Virus record (IMG/VR): IMGVR_UViG_3300037634_006017
Span: 1 to 25,602 of that record
Source: a virus
Taxonomy: Duplodnaviria; Caudoviricetes
Strand: one strand, 5' to 3'
Length of the DNA stretch: 25,602 nt
The notes below the pieces were generated by a model. That model saw nothing but the letters and a program-made list of their open reading frames with translations, was not told the DNA's origin and made no database searches. The translations under genes were made by a program, and so were the position numbers. Positions 17,870-25,602 of the stretch are shown one piece after another. Numbering within the stretch: position 1 is the first letter of the stretch; each line of letters starts with the position of its first letter.

Positions 17870-19171
17870 TTAAAACTCTGGACCTGGGTGGGGTAAGTTC
17901 AAGTCAATTCTTTCCCCGTCAATATAAACATTATCAGATCCATTTATATCTACTAAAGGAGCATTTATTTCTACTTCCTCTTTACTTTGAATAGTAATTT
18001 TCCTATCTGCTATTATATCTACTGTTCCCCCCGTCTCTACAATAACCTTACTATGGGGGCCAGGAGCATGTATGTGTATCACCGAATCTACTTCCATTGC
18101 ACTTAAAGATATGTTATTATGGTGGGATAATAATTGAATACACCCCGTAGTTTCATTACCAAATTTCCCTGCCCTACTAGCGTAATACCCACCATTTCCT
18201 GGGTCTCCTAGTCCGTTTGCAGGAATATTATCAGCAAATGGGTTGAACTGCGCCTCATATCTCCCATCAGGGTTGGTGTGCAAATCACTTCCATAAGCCG
18301 ATTTAGAAGTAGATTTATTCTCTATCTCTATATTAAGCCCATCTTCAATCCAAATATGAAATCTATTTAGTAATGTATATAGGTTTACGGGACCGTGGGT
18401 CCTCATGTGGTATTCCCCTGCCGCGAACGGACTCTGGTTGCTTAGACCTGTGCTCCAAATAAAGAAATCTTTTCCTCTATGTTCATTGGTCATTACAATC
18501 CCGTCTACTATGGGAGAATCTACTAATTCAAGCCTCTTCCCAGAACCACTATGGAACCCCACTCTATGGTCTTGGTAGGGGCGTTGTCCTTTATTTCCCT
18601 TATACCTATTGGAAATCATCCAAGAATCACCTCTTAGAGTCTCTAATCCATATTGTTCGGGGATTACACCTTTGGCATCATACATTCTCTGGAATCTAGA
18701 GGGCCAATGGCTCCAATTTTGTGGAGTATTTGGACCACTTCCTCCCCCAAACATCTGTTCCCAAATCCCACCAGCGGGTCTAGCAGCGGATCCTTGGCCG
18801 ATGGGGGGTCCAGCTAAACCTTCTTTGTCTTTATCCACATAAGCAGTTGAATAGGTTCCTTCCTCTGTTTCCTCAGGAGAAATTCCTCTATTCATCCCTG
18901 GAATATGGCCCATAACGCTCCCTAAATAGTAATAACCCCTTATCATTCCGCTCTCTTTAGCAACCTCGTCCTCATAAGCTACCAAAACTTGAGAACCATC
19001 CTCTGGAATCATTATCATAGCGGCCTTATCACTACCATAGGGTGTAACATATCGAACAGACTCCCAACGAGAATACTTTCCATCTCCTAATTTAAAAGCT
19101 ACTTTAAATAATCCAGTTTCCGTAAAATCAGCCTTGCTCATTACGGTTCCTACTTTTAGTCTAACTGCCAT
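17870..19171 (-). CDS. Baseplate central spike, gp5 / gpV / VgrG-C-like: OB-fold plus beta-helix, no lysozyme domain (433 aa from the proposed start MAVRLKVG)
   Basis: OB-fold motif VRYVTPYG...MIPEDGSQVLVAY...YYLGSV, then HSGSGKRLELVDS, and C-terminal beta repeats ending INAPLVDINGSDNVYIDGERIDLN. I moved the start from 19246 to 19171 because GGAGGT lies 5 nt upstream and the overlap with the hub gene falls from 86 to 11 nt. Confidence 0.8.
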   Translation of the reverse strand: MAVRLKVGTVMSKADFTETGLFKVAFKLGDGKYSRWESVRYVTPYGSDKAAMIMIPEDGSQVLVAYEDEVAKESGMIRGYYYLGSVMGHIPGMNRGISPEETEEGTYSTAYVDKDKEGLAGPPIGQGSAARPAGGIWEQMFGGGSGPNTPQNWSHWPSRFQRMYDAKGVIPEQYGLETLRGDSWMISNRYKGNKGQRPYQDHRVGFHSGSGKRLELVDSPIVDGIVMTNEHRGKDFFIWSTGLSNQSPFAAGEYHMRTHGPVNLYTLLNRFHIWIEDGLNIEIENKSTSKSAYGSDLHTNPDGRYEAQFNPFADNIPANGLGDPGNGGYYASRAGKFGNETTGCIQLLSHHNNISLSAMEVDSVIHIHAPGPHSKVIVETGGTVDIIADRKITIQSKEEVEINAPLVDINGSDNVYIDGERIDLNLPHPGPEF

Positions 19172-22109
19172 TGTGAACCTCCGCTGGGTCCTCTGGTTCT
19201 CCAGAATCGGAATCGAGATCGGAAACACCCTCTGGTTTTGTATCATACGCTCCTGGTCTAACTATTAAGAATTCAGATTTAGCATTACTGTTACTAATGG
19301 TATGTTTAAATCCCATCATCTTATATGCTCCAGAGAACCAAGTAAGGTGTTTTTTTGATAAAAGATTAGTGTTACTATTATTTTGATTAAACATTTGGGG
19401 CTCTATACATAATAATTTACACGGCTTAGTAATTACTCTTTTCATATTACATAAACTAAACATAGGTATAGTTGTTATATTGCCTGTGAGGGTCATTTCT
19501 AACATCCTATCCATAATCCTAGCATAATTAGAAATTGCTGCCTGTGATGGATCTTTTCCTGGATATATTTTTTTGGATTTAGGCCATCGCGCCCCGTCGC
19601 CGATACCTGCTTGCTCAAATAAAGTAGTAAATGCATCAAACAGAAGCTCTATAGCCTTCTTCTTCTTAGCAGTTGGGTCCCACGATATCTTCTTCCGAGA
19701 GGGGACGGCTCCTCCTCCTGGAGCACCCATGCGATTGTTGCCATAGGTTGTCTCCCAACCCGAACTCCCCTCCTCCACCACAATTTGATGTGCACTTGAG
19801 GATGTCTTTTTCCCTACAATACTCCAGTTATTCATATCCTCGAATTTTCCAGCCTTTCGCATTGCATTAAATACCAACTCCCACTCCCCAAGCCCATTTA
19901 TGTCTACCGACTCTGCTTTGTTGTCCACATGTAAAAACGGCAACGCTATTTTCACAAAATCCACAGGAACTCCCCAGACCTTATCAATGTTATCAAAATC
20001 TATTTTGTTAAAGTTCTCCCACATTGTGTTGTATGGTGACTCAAAACCCAAGGGCACTATTGCATCAGCTATAGCGGCACCAGTATTGATTGAGGGTTCG
20101 GCATTCGTTAAAAGGGTCATATATTGTTTATTTATATCTATATCAACCCCTAATACATTTGAATTTTTGGTTCCAAAAGCAAAAACAGGTTGCCTCTCTA
20201 ATGCAGAAGGGATCTTTTTAAGTTTGGTAGAAACAAGAGAGTCTTTAAGTATGGACATATCCTCTGACAGAAAATAATCATCTCCCCCACCACGACCTGT
20301 AGGTCCAAAGGGTGCAATCCAAGGACTGGGGAATGTATAATCAAAAACATCTTTTATATAAGCCTGAGAGATGTTAGCACCAAAGGTTGTCTCGTCCGCT
20401 GGGTTTAAATTTCTTTCTGCTAGTGCTAATATTTTACGTTGTAGCCCTTTTATACTTACTAAACCATCGTCATCTTTCTCTAATAGAGATTCTGCTCTAC
20501 TGCCTAATTCTCCATGCAGGAAAAGATCAACCATATCATCACTTCCCCAAATAATAACTTCTTTGGAGCCGTCTTTTATTAAACCATGTTTTAGCATTAG
20601 TTGTATAATATTGAAGTCTGTTTCTACAATAAGTTTAGGGGGTTTCATGCTGGGTAAATTAGATGAATAATATTTGTCATTGGGCTTTAAGTTTTCTTGG
20701 GCACCCTCCTTACGAATACTCATCGGAAAATCTCCAATTTTACCAGCTAAAGACTCTGATACTTGCTTTAATTTATCTTCAAAAGTTTTAGCCACATTGT
20801 CTACTTGGACTCCTACTTTAAATGTAGTTTTTTGAAAAAACTCATCTTTGTGGTCGGAATCTGGGATCTTCTCTATGGCACCGTAATGATTATTTCCAAT
20901 AGCCGCATACCCACCATCTTCTCCTTCTCTATACTCTACTAAATCTAAACCTATATCCTCTAATGCTTCTTTCCATACACCGAGCGTGAAGCCATACGAG
21001 CTCTTCAATTTTTGAATTTTTGCCTCATCTTTTATACTCTTAAAAAATTCAAAAAACTCTAAATCCAAATTTGGGAGAAGAACTATCACATTTTCCGTAT
21101 TGCACCCCTTCTGTATAAACTCTTTCATACAACTAGATATAGCTTGATGTAGGGATGGTTCATACCAGACACTGGGGTTAAATATTCCACGAAGTCCCTC
21201 CGTCAATTTGCCCTTAAATATATCTTTTAGTGGCACGGTAAGTGTGAGTTCCTTAAAAAAAGAAGTATCATCTGCTACTTTATTATCAACTTCTTCAAAC
21301 AATCTTTCATTCCTTAGTAAAAAATCTTCTTCATTAAAGATCCTGTGAGAATACCCCTCAGTAATTGTACCATATCCTAATTCCCCCAGAGGGCTTATTC
21401 CTAATTCTGATAAATTTGGATGAATACCAATTGCAGTATATGATAATTTTATAGTTCTTACCCCCTCAGTATTAAAATTATATTCAGCTCCCATGAGCTT
21501 TCCAAAACATTGAGGGGCACACCAATCCTTTAAATTATCTCCCACCCCGTAGGCTATAAATACAGGTTTTTGTATGGCAGCAGTATTGGTAGTTGTTATA
21601 AGTTTTTGTAACCTAATCTCTTCATTAATCGCACCTTCATCCAGCTTGTCCTTTAATTCTTTCAATTCTTGCCTAGACTTTTCTAGTCTTTCTAAATAAA
21701 ACGCTTGGAGTCTTAAATAACCTGGATCAGTATTTTTACTGCTGCTGATACCCGTCTTAGCTGCCCATGCCTTATAGTTCTTCTGGTTTTCCTTAGTCTT
21801 TTCTTCGACGGCTCTCCTTAGCAAGCTATCCTTTGGATCTAAATCATGTTCTATATCCAATCTCAAAACTTTTTCTTCAAAGGTGCCGTCTGGATCTAAA
21901 AATTCTAATTCTATAAGCGCACCCTTCTTACTATTGCTAAGACCTAATTGGTGAGTTAGGGACACAAAAATAGACATAGGAGCATTATCAAAAAATTCAG
22001 CATCTTTATGATCTTTTCTAAATATGGCTAAACTATTATATTCTTGAAAATCTTTCATGACCTTGTAATCGAAGGACATGATTATATTTACGGGAGGTAC
22101 AGGTTGCAT
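19161..22109 (-). CDS. Enlarged baseplate hub protein, T4 gp27 / Mu gp44 / P2 gpD-like (982 aa)
   Basis: Lies between the LysM-like and spike genes. It has IELEFLDPDG and VFIAYGVG near the N-terminus and C-terminal TGNITTIPMF...WFSGAYKMMGFKHTISNSNAKSEFLIVR, matching the SGxYxxxxxxHxI hub signature. Confidence 0.65.
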   Translation of the reverse strand: MQPVPPVNIIMSFDYKVMKDFQEYNSLAIFRKDHKDAEFFDNAPMSIFVSLTHQLGLSNSKKGALIELEFLDPDGTFEEKVLRLDIEHDLDPKDSLLRRAVEEKTKENQKNYKAWAAKTGISSSKNTDPGYLRLQAFYLERLEKSRQELKELKDKLDEGAINEEIRLQKLITTTNTAAIQKPVFIAYGVGDNLKDWCAPQCFGKLMGAEYNFNTEGVRTIKLSYTAIGIHPNLSELGISPLGELGYGTITEGYSHRIFNEEDFLLRNERLFEEVDNKVADDTSFFKELTLTVPLKDIFKGKLTEGLRGIFNPSVWYEPSLHQAISSCMKEFIQKGCNTENVIVLLPNLDLEFFEFFKSIKDEAKIQKLKSSYGFTLGVWKEALEDIGLDLVEYREGEDGGYAAIGNNHYGAIEKIPDSDHKDEFFQKTTFKVGVQVDNVAKTFEDKLKQVSESLAGKIGDFPMSIRKEGAQENLKPNDKYYSSNLPSMKPPKLIVETDFNIIQLMLKHGLIKDGSKEVIIWGSDDMVDLFLHGELGSRAESLLEKDDDGLVSIKGLQRKILALAERNLNPADETTFGANISQAYIKDVFDYTFPSPWIAPFGPTGRGGGDDYFLSEDMSILKDSLVSTKLKKIPSALERQPVFAFGTKNSNVLGVDIDINKQYMTLLTNAEPSINTGAAIADAIVPLGFESPYNTMWENFNKIDFDNIDKVWGVPVDFVKIALPFLHVDNKAESVDINGLGEWELVFNAMRKAGKFEDMNNWSIVGKKTSSSAHQIVVEEGSSGWETTYGNNRMGAPGGGAVPSRKKISWDPTAKKKKAIELLFDAFTTLFEQAGIGDGARWPKSKKIYPGKDPSQAAISNYARIMDRMLEMTLTGNITTIPMFSLCNMKRVITKPCKLLCIEPQMFNQNNSNTNLLSKKHLTWFSGAYKMMGFKHTISNSNAKSEFLIVRPGAYDTKPEGVSDLDSDSGEPEDPAEVHNGS
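19177..19182 (-). promoter_or_regulatory. Shine-Dalgarno site (GGAGGT) for the spike gene
   Basis: The minus strand reads GCGGAGGTTCACA-ATG(19171), embedded in the last codons of the hub gene. Confidence 0.7.
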
Positions 22110-22112
22110 GAT

Positions 22113-22121
22113 TTATTATAG
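22113..22121 (-). promoter_or_regulatory. CTATAATAA motif, candidate -10-only (late-type) promoter
   Basis: Fills most of the 12-nt gap before the hub gene (TAA-CTATAATAAATC-ATG) and is identical to the motif at 5570-5578. Confidence 0.4.
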
Positions 22122-22421
22122 TTACAAAGGAATCCGTATGCTATCTCCCGATTTCAATTGTTCAAAAATATCGAAAATATTGTTTCTTTCACAAACTACC
22201 CACCATAGGCTTGGGGTGTCTGAGAATAAGTTAGAAATTAGTTCGGGGCGATGTTCGTACCCTCTAGGAATTACTCCATCCTTTTTAACAAATATTTCAT
22301 TATTAGAGCCTCCATAAGTATTTTCATACCCTCTACTTCCTACAGATGTTGGTATTTTTTGTCCTCTATGCTGGATAGCGTTACCTAAAGCCCTACCTCT
22401 TCTTCCTGATATTTGGCTCAT
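22122..22421 (-). CDS. Small LysM-like baseplate wedge protein, T4 gp53 / P2 gpX-like (99 aa)
   Basis: EHRPELISNLFSDTPSLWWVVCERNNIFDIFEQLKSGDSIRIP matches RPDLI...LWWVI..N.I.D....L..G..I.IP. AAGGAG at 22438-22433 is a plausible SD. Confidence 0.85.
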   Translation of the reverse strand: MSQISGRRGRALGNAIQHRGQKIPTSVGSRGYENTYGGSNNEIFVKKDGVIPRGYEHRPELISNLFSDTPSLWWVVCERNNIFDIFEQLKSGDSIRIPL

Positions 22422-22426
22422 ATCTA

Positions 22427-23401
22427 TTAAATCTCCTTGGGATCAGTGGTATACGGATCTGCTATTGCGGACTCCCACCCTGCTACATTATCTCTTTTTA
22501 CTATATGAGACTCTTCAAACTTTTCAAAATCACCAATACGAACTTCTTCTAAGTTTAAATCTATAGTAAGCCTTCTGGGTGTTAAGGTCCCTAGGTCGTA
22601 CCCCGCCATCTCTTCCCACCCCAAATTATAGCTTTTACAGATACAAGGTACACTTCTATACATTGTTCCAAAATTTAATCTAATTAACGGAGGACCCAAA
22701 AGAGGGTTTTCTACATTATTAGCTACAGAAGTTCTTAAAAGGGCAATAAAAAAGAGTAAAGTATCAATAACTTCAAAGTTTTGTTTATTCATTTGTGATC
22801 TAGTATTATTATTGTCAATTGTCTTTAGTTTGTTCTGTAGACCCTCAGACCCAAGAGATCCTCCCAATGCTCCATTGAACTCTGGTCCTAGGTCTGGGAC
22901 TCCAAAGTTAGTATAATCATCAAGATTTATAGAAGCTTTCCCTATTTTTGCAAGCTCTAATTTATCCCCATCTGATAAAAAGTTTAAATAAATGTCATTA
23001 ACCTCTGAAGCCAAAGTACTACCCCCTGTAAATTGTTTTGTGGCAGGTGAGCCAAGGTCAAATAATGCTTTTTTTGCTTCCTTGCTGTTTCCAGTAAAAA
23101 TTCTTAAAAATCTAACTATACCCATTTCATGCATAGCTAAATGAGGTAGTGTGAAAGTGGATTTAACCTTTATCTTCCTAGATTTAGCACCCAGATAAGC
23201 ATACATAGATCCAACCCTATTAATTGGATTATACTCCGCATAATTAGCCGTTTGTGTTTCCGTTATCTTTGGATTTTCATAAAAGGGTAGTCTAACTATC
23301 GTATTATCTGACTTAGAATTTGACGATGGATAATGAAATTCCAAAAAAGCTCTTTTATCCAAAGCCCTTCTTGCATTAATTGTTCCTAATGTGTCTGCCA
23401 T
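22427..23401 (-). CDS. Tail-tube initiator / tube-like baseplate protein, T4 gp48/gp54, P2 gpU or Afp7-like (324 aa)
   Basis: Motifs NPKITETQTANYAEYNPINR....YAYLGAKSRKI and PPLIRLNFG......CICKSYNL.WE...PRRLTIDLNLEE. Canonical position between the tape measure and LysM genes. Confidence 0.75.
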   Translation of the reverse strand: MADTLGTINARRALDKRAFLEFHYPSSNSKSDNTIVRLPFYENPKITETQTANYAEYNPINRVGSMYAYLGAKSRKIKVKSTFTLPHLAMHEMGIVRFLRIFTGNSKEAKKALFDLGSPATKQFTGGSTLASEVNDIYLNFLSDGDKLELAKIGKASINLDDYTNFGVPDLGPEFNGALGGSLGSEGLQNKLKTIDNNNTRSQMNKQNFEVIDTLLFFIALLRTSVANNVENPLLGPPLIRLNFGTMYRSVPCICKSYNLGWEEMAGYDLGTLTPRRLTIDLNLEEVRIGDFEKFEESHIVKRDNVAGWESAIADPYTTDPKEI

Positions 23402-23403
23402 TA

Positions 23404-25602
23404 TTACTTCCTCATCTCAGTGGGTCTTGTTTTTGTGTTTTGAACTTGTTCATTACGCTGGCTATTAGCTGTACTTCTTTGCTCGTTAGCCCCATCTAAA
23501 GAATCGTTTATACTTTCAAGTCTTTCCACCGCTTTTTTCAATAGTTGAACCTGCTCGTCTTGGGCAGAGGAGTTTGTGCTTGTAATGGATTCAGTAATAG
23601 ATTTTATATTAACAGCACCCTTTGCTGCAAAAGCAGAAAACATGCCTATTGCATGTAACTTAGCCATATCTTCCTCTGAAAGATTATTCAATGATTCTTT
23701 TAATGCGCTAAGAGCCTTAGGTATAGTAAATAAGGCATCTGCAAGGTTTATTATTTGGGGGGCACTTTTAGCTATTAATGCTAACTGCTCAAACGGACTT
23801 TTAACACCAAAAAGACTCCCAATGCCAGATATAAGACCAGCTTTAAGGGCTATTACTGAAAAATAGAGCAACGCAAGTCCTAAGATAGGTAACACAACTG
23901 CTAATCCAAGTAAATTCATTAAAGGAATATCACCAACTTTAGCCAAAGAAACTATAAACATATCCGCCGCTGGTGCGGCCAAATTCATAGCATAGGCTAA
24001 GGGAATAAGAGCAATCGCCATAATAGCAAATGCCCCAGCTCCCGCCACTAGAAATGGTCCGAAAGACGAGGCCATCATTCCTACAGCGACAAACGCAGCC
24101 GTTAGTACTGTCATTCCTGCCGCTAATATAAAGAAGGTCTCCCACCCCACCCCCTTCATCATATTCAAAGCAAATGCGAGTGGGATAAGAGATAAAGCTA
24201 ATATGCCAATAGTAACAGCACCCTTCATAGCGTCTGCACCACCCATAGCCTTTAACCCAGCCCCCAATCCCTTTAATCCCCCGCCTAACCCCTTCATCAT
24301 TCCTCCACCAACCTTACCCGCACCACCTGCTGCTCCCGCTGCTGCCTTTGTCGCACCTCCACCAATGCCCATCATGTGTTTCAAAATACCTGTTGCTTGC
24401 TTTGCTTTCATAAAAGCTATCCAACCAGCAATTGCTCCAATTAATAATTGAATAGCTGATTTTAGTGCAGGAACCTTCTGTATCCAACCAAACACTTTCA
24501 AAATTCCTCCACCTACAAATATGAAAGCTTTTTGCAAAGGACCCAAAACCATATTTTTTAAATTTTCCCAAGTTTCGGTAAATTTCTTACTAACATCCTT
24601 CTCCTTGCTAACTAATTTTGCATAATCCCTAATGTTCATACCCCGCTTTTTTGCTTGGGCATCCATCGCATCATATGCCATCTTGGCTTCTAGTAATTGA
24701 GTTCCATGAAGCTCCGTAGCTTTTTGAAGAGCAAAAGCAGGATCCCTTGCGCCCCTTGTGAACTGCTTAATAATCTTCTTAGAATTTTCTCCCGCTGTTA
24801 TAACTAAATCAAAGGCATTTTTAGTCATATTCCCCTCTTTGTTAAGAAGCCTCTCACGCTGCTTAGATATACCCAAGATACTCGACTGAACCATGCTAGA
24901 GCCTTTTGTAAAGGCACCGAGTAGCTTTGGACCAAGATGCGCTGCTGCGGGTCCTAGGGCTGCTGAAATCCGCACACCAGCCTCTTGCATTTCGGCCCCA
25001 ATCCCTAGTGCACCAAACGAGCTTAACTGATCTTTCAGCCCATCTAGTGAATCCATAAGCTCCCCAGTGGTTACTCCATAGTTCTGCGACATAGATGCGG
25101 TGGCGGTGGCAAGGCTGGACATACCTTCTTGGGAAATACCTAAACCTGCGGTATTTTTAGCGAGTTGTCCTAATAATTTTTTAGAGTTTCCTCCTGTAAT
25201 TTTTGTTAGGGCACCCAAAGTGGCGATTTCTTTATTGTTATTTCTTAACCCACTTTCAAACATCTCCATGCTTGTATCGACCGCACCAGCATAACCCTGT
25301 AAGTTACTATCTAAATGGGAAATAGTTGCGGCATTACGTTCAAGATGCTGGCCTAGATTCATTCCTCTAGCAAGTCCCCGCTCTTGTAGTTTAAAAGAGG
25401 CTTTTAGAGATTTAGTCATTTCAGCCCCCGTAAACGCTAGGAGTTGCTTAATCCCTGGGAGATTTTTTAGGCTCTTTTTTGCATCTTCTTGTTTTTTATT
25501 TAACTCTTCCGCTTTTTTCTTTTTGGCATCTCGGTCCTTGGCTTCGGTCTCGGATAGTGCGACTAAACGCTCTAAGGCTTCTTCTATTTTTTTTGATTTG
25601 TT
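23404..25602 (-). CDS. Tape measure protein, 5'-truncated by the window edge (>=732 aa)
   Basis: The frame is open for 61 more codons upstream of the annotated ATG at 25419 (NKSKKIEEALERLVALSETEAKDRDAKKKKAEEL...). It is an Ala/Gly/Leu-rich helical protein with GGGLKGLGAGLKAMG, a long hydrophobic region and the repeat LIPLAFALN / LIPLAYAMN, and it sits directly upstream of the tube initiator. Confidence 0.85.
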   Translation of the reverse strand, partial: NKSKKIEEALERLVALSETEAKDRDAKKKKAEELNKKQEDAKKSLKNLPGIKQLLAFTGAEMTKSLKASFKLQERGLARGMNLGQHLERNAATISHLDSNLQGYAGAVDTSMEMFESGLRNNNKEIATLGALTKITGGNSKKLLGQLAKNTAGLGISQEGMSSLATATASMSQNYGVTTGELMDSLDGLKDQLSSFGALGIGAEMQEAGVRISAALGPAAAHLGPKLLGAFTKGSSMVQSSILGISKQRERLLNKEGNMTKNAFDLVITAGENSKKIIKQFTRGARDPAFALQKATELHGTQLLEAKMAYDAMDAQAKKRGMNIRDYAKLVSKEKDVSKKFTETWENLKNMVLGPLQKAFIFVGGGILKVFGWIQKVPALKSAIQLLIGAIAGWIAFMKAKQATGILKHMMGIGGGATKAAAGAAGGAGKVGGGMMKGLGGGLKGLGAGLKAMGGADAMKGAVTIGILALSLIPLAFALNMMKGVGWETFFILAAGMTVLTAAFVAVGMMASSFGPFLVAGAGAFAIMAIALIPLAYAMNLAAPAADMFIVSLAKVGDIPLMNLLGLAVVLPILGLALLYFSVIALKAGLISGIGSLFGVKSPFEQLALIAKSAPQIINLADALFTIPKALSALKESLNNLSEEDMAKLHAIGMFSAFAAKGAVNIKSITESITSTNSSAQDEQVQLLKKAVERLESINDSLDGANEQRSTANSQRNEQVQNTKTRPTEMRK
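23981..24200 (-). repeat. Degenerate protein-level repeat in the tape measure (LALSLIPLAFALNM / MAIALIPLAYAMNL, 60 aa apart)
   Basis: Seen directly in the translation. The two LIPL codon blocks lie 180 nt apart (about 24179-24190 and 23999-24010). Confidence 0.55.

Noticed and set aside
19203-19224. Short tandem GAATCG-like repeat
   Set aside because: It simply encodes the low-complexity acidic tail (SDLDSDS) of the hub protein.
19172-19246. Longer spike start at 19246, and a possible frameshift fusing hub and spike into a VgrG-like protein
   Set aside because: A strong GGAGGT SD precedes ATG 19171, the extra 25 codons overlap the hub coding sequence, and I saw no slippery sequence that would support a +1 shift.
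12710-23401. Bacterial T6SS or Afp/PVC-type eCIS as the primary call
   Set aside because: Hub and spike are separate genes, the tape measure lies upstream, several fibre genes follow, and no ATPase, membrane complex or toxin genes are present. Phage is more likely, though not proven.
1018-25294. About twenty short plus-strand ORFs (e.g. 4272-4802, 16990-17433, 17512-17994) and nested minus-strand ORFs (1939-2145, 23939-24145, 24314-24571)
   Set aside because: They lie within long, motif-supported minus-strand genes, mostly as antisense shadows, and show no recognisable protein motifs.
25417-25419. ATG 25419 as the tape measure start
   Set aside because: The frame stays open with helical, protein-like sequence to the window edge, so the real start is probably outside the window.
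1-25602. Stop-codon reassignment (no gene ends in TGA; ten end in TAA and three in TAG)
   Set aside because: The standard code already gives near-complete coding density with intact genes, and the TAG stops fall at sensible gene boundaries.

Overview
This AT-rich window is almost entirely coding, and every credible gene is on the minus strand with tight packing or overlap. It is the tail/baseplate morphogenesis module of a contractile-tailed system, most likely a large uncultured myovirus-type phage; a phage-derived contractile injection system cannot be excluded from this window alone. In transcription order (right to left) the genes are: tape measure protein (5'-truncated), tail-tube initiator, gp53/gpX-like LysM wedge protein, enlarged gp27-like hub, gp5/gpV-like spike without lysozyme, an unexpected 1011-aa LamG protein where a PAAR gene often sits, gp25-like, gp6/gpJ-like, a giant gp7/gpI-like wedge protein, three tandem tail-collar-like paralogues (one with an inserted carbohydrate-binding-like domain), a beta-helical tailspike, and a second fibre-like protein (3'-truncated, absent from the ORF track) sharing an N-terminal DNLPI motif with the tailspike. 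The most notable signals are this apparent multi-adaptor/multi-fibre attachment system, the LamG protein next to the spike, and a CTATAATAA motif in both of the longest intergenic gaps (candidate late promoter). I saw no RNA genes, CRISPR arrays, mobile elements or terminators. All family calls come from motif recognition by eye and gene order, not database searches.
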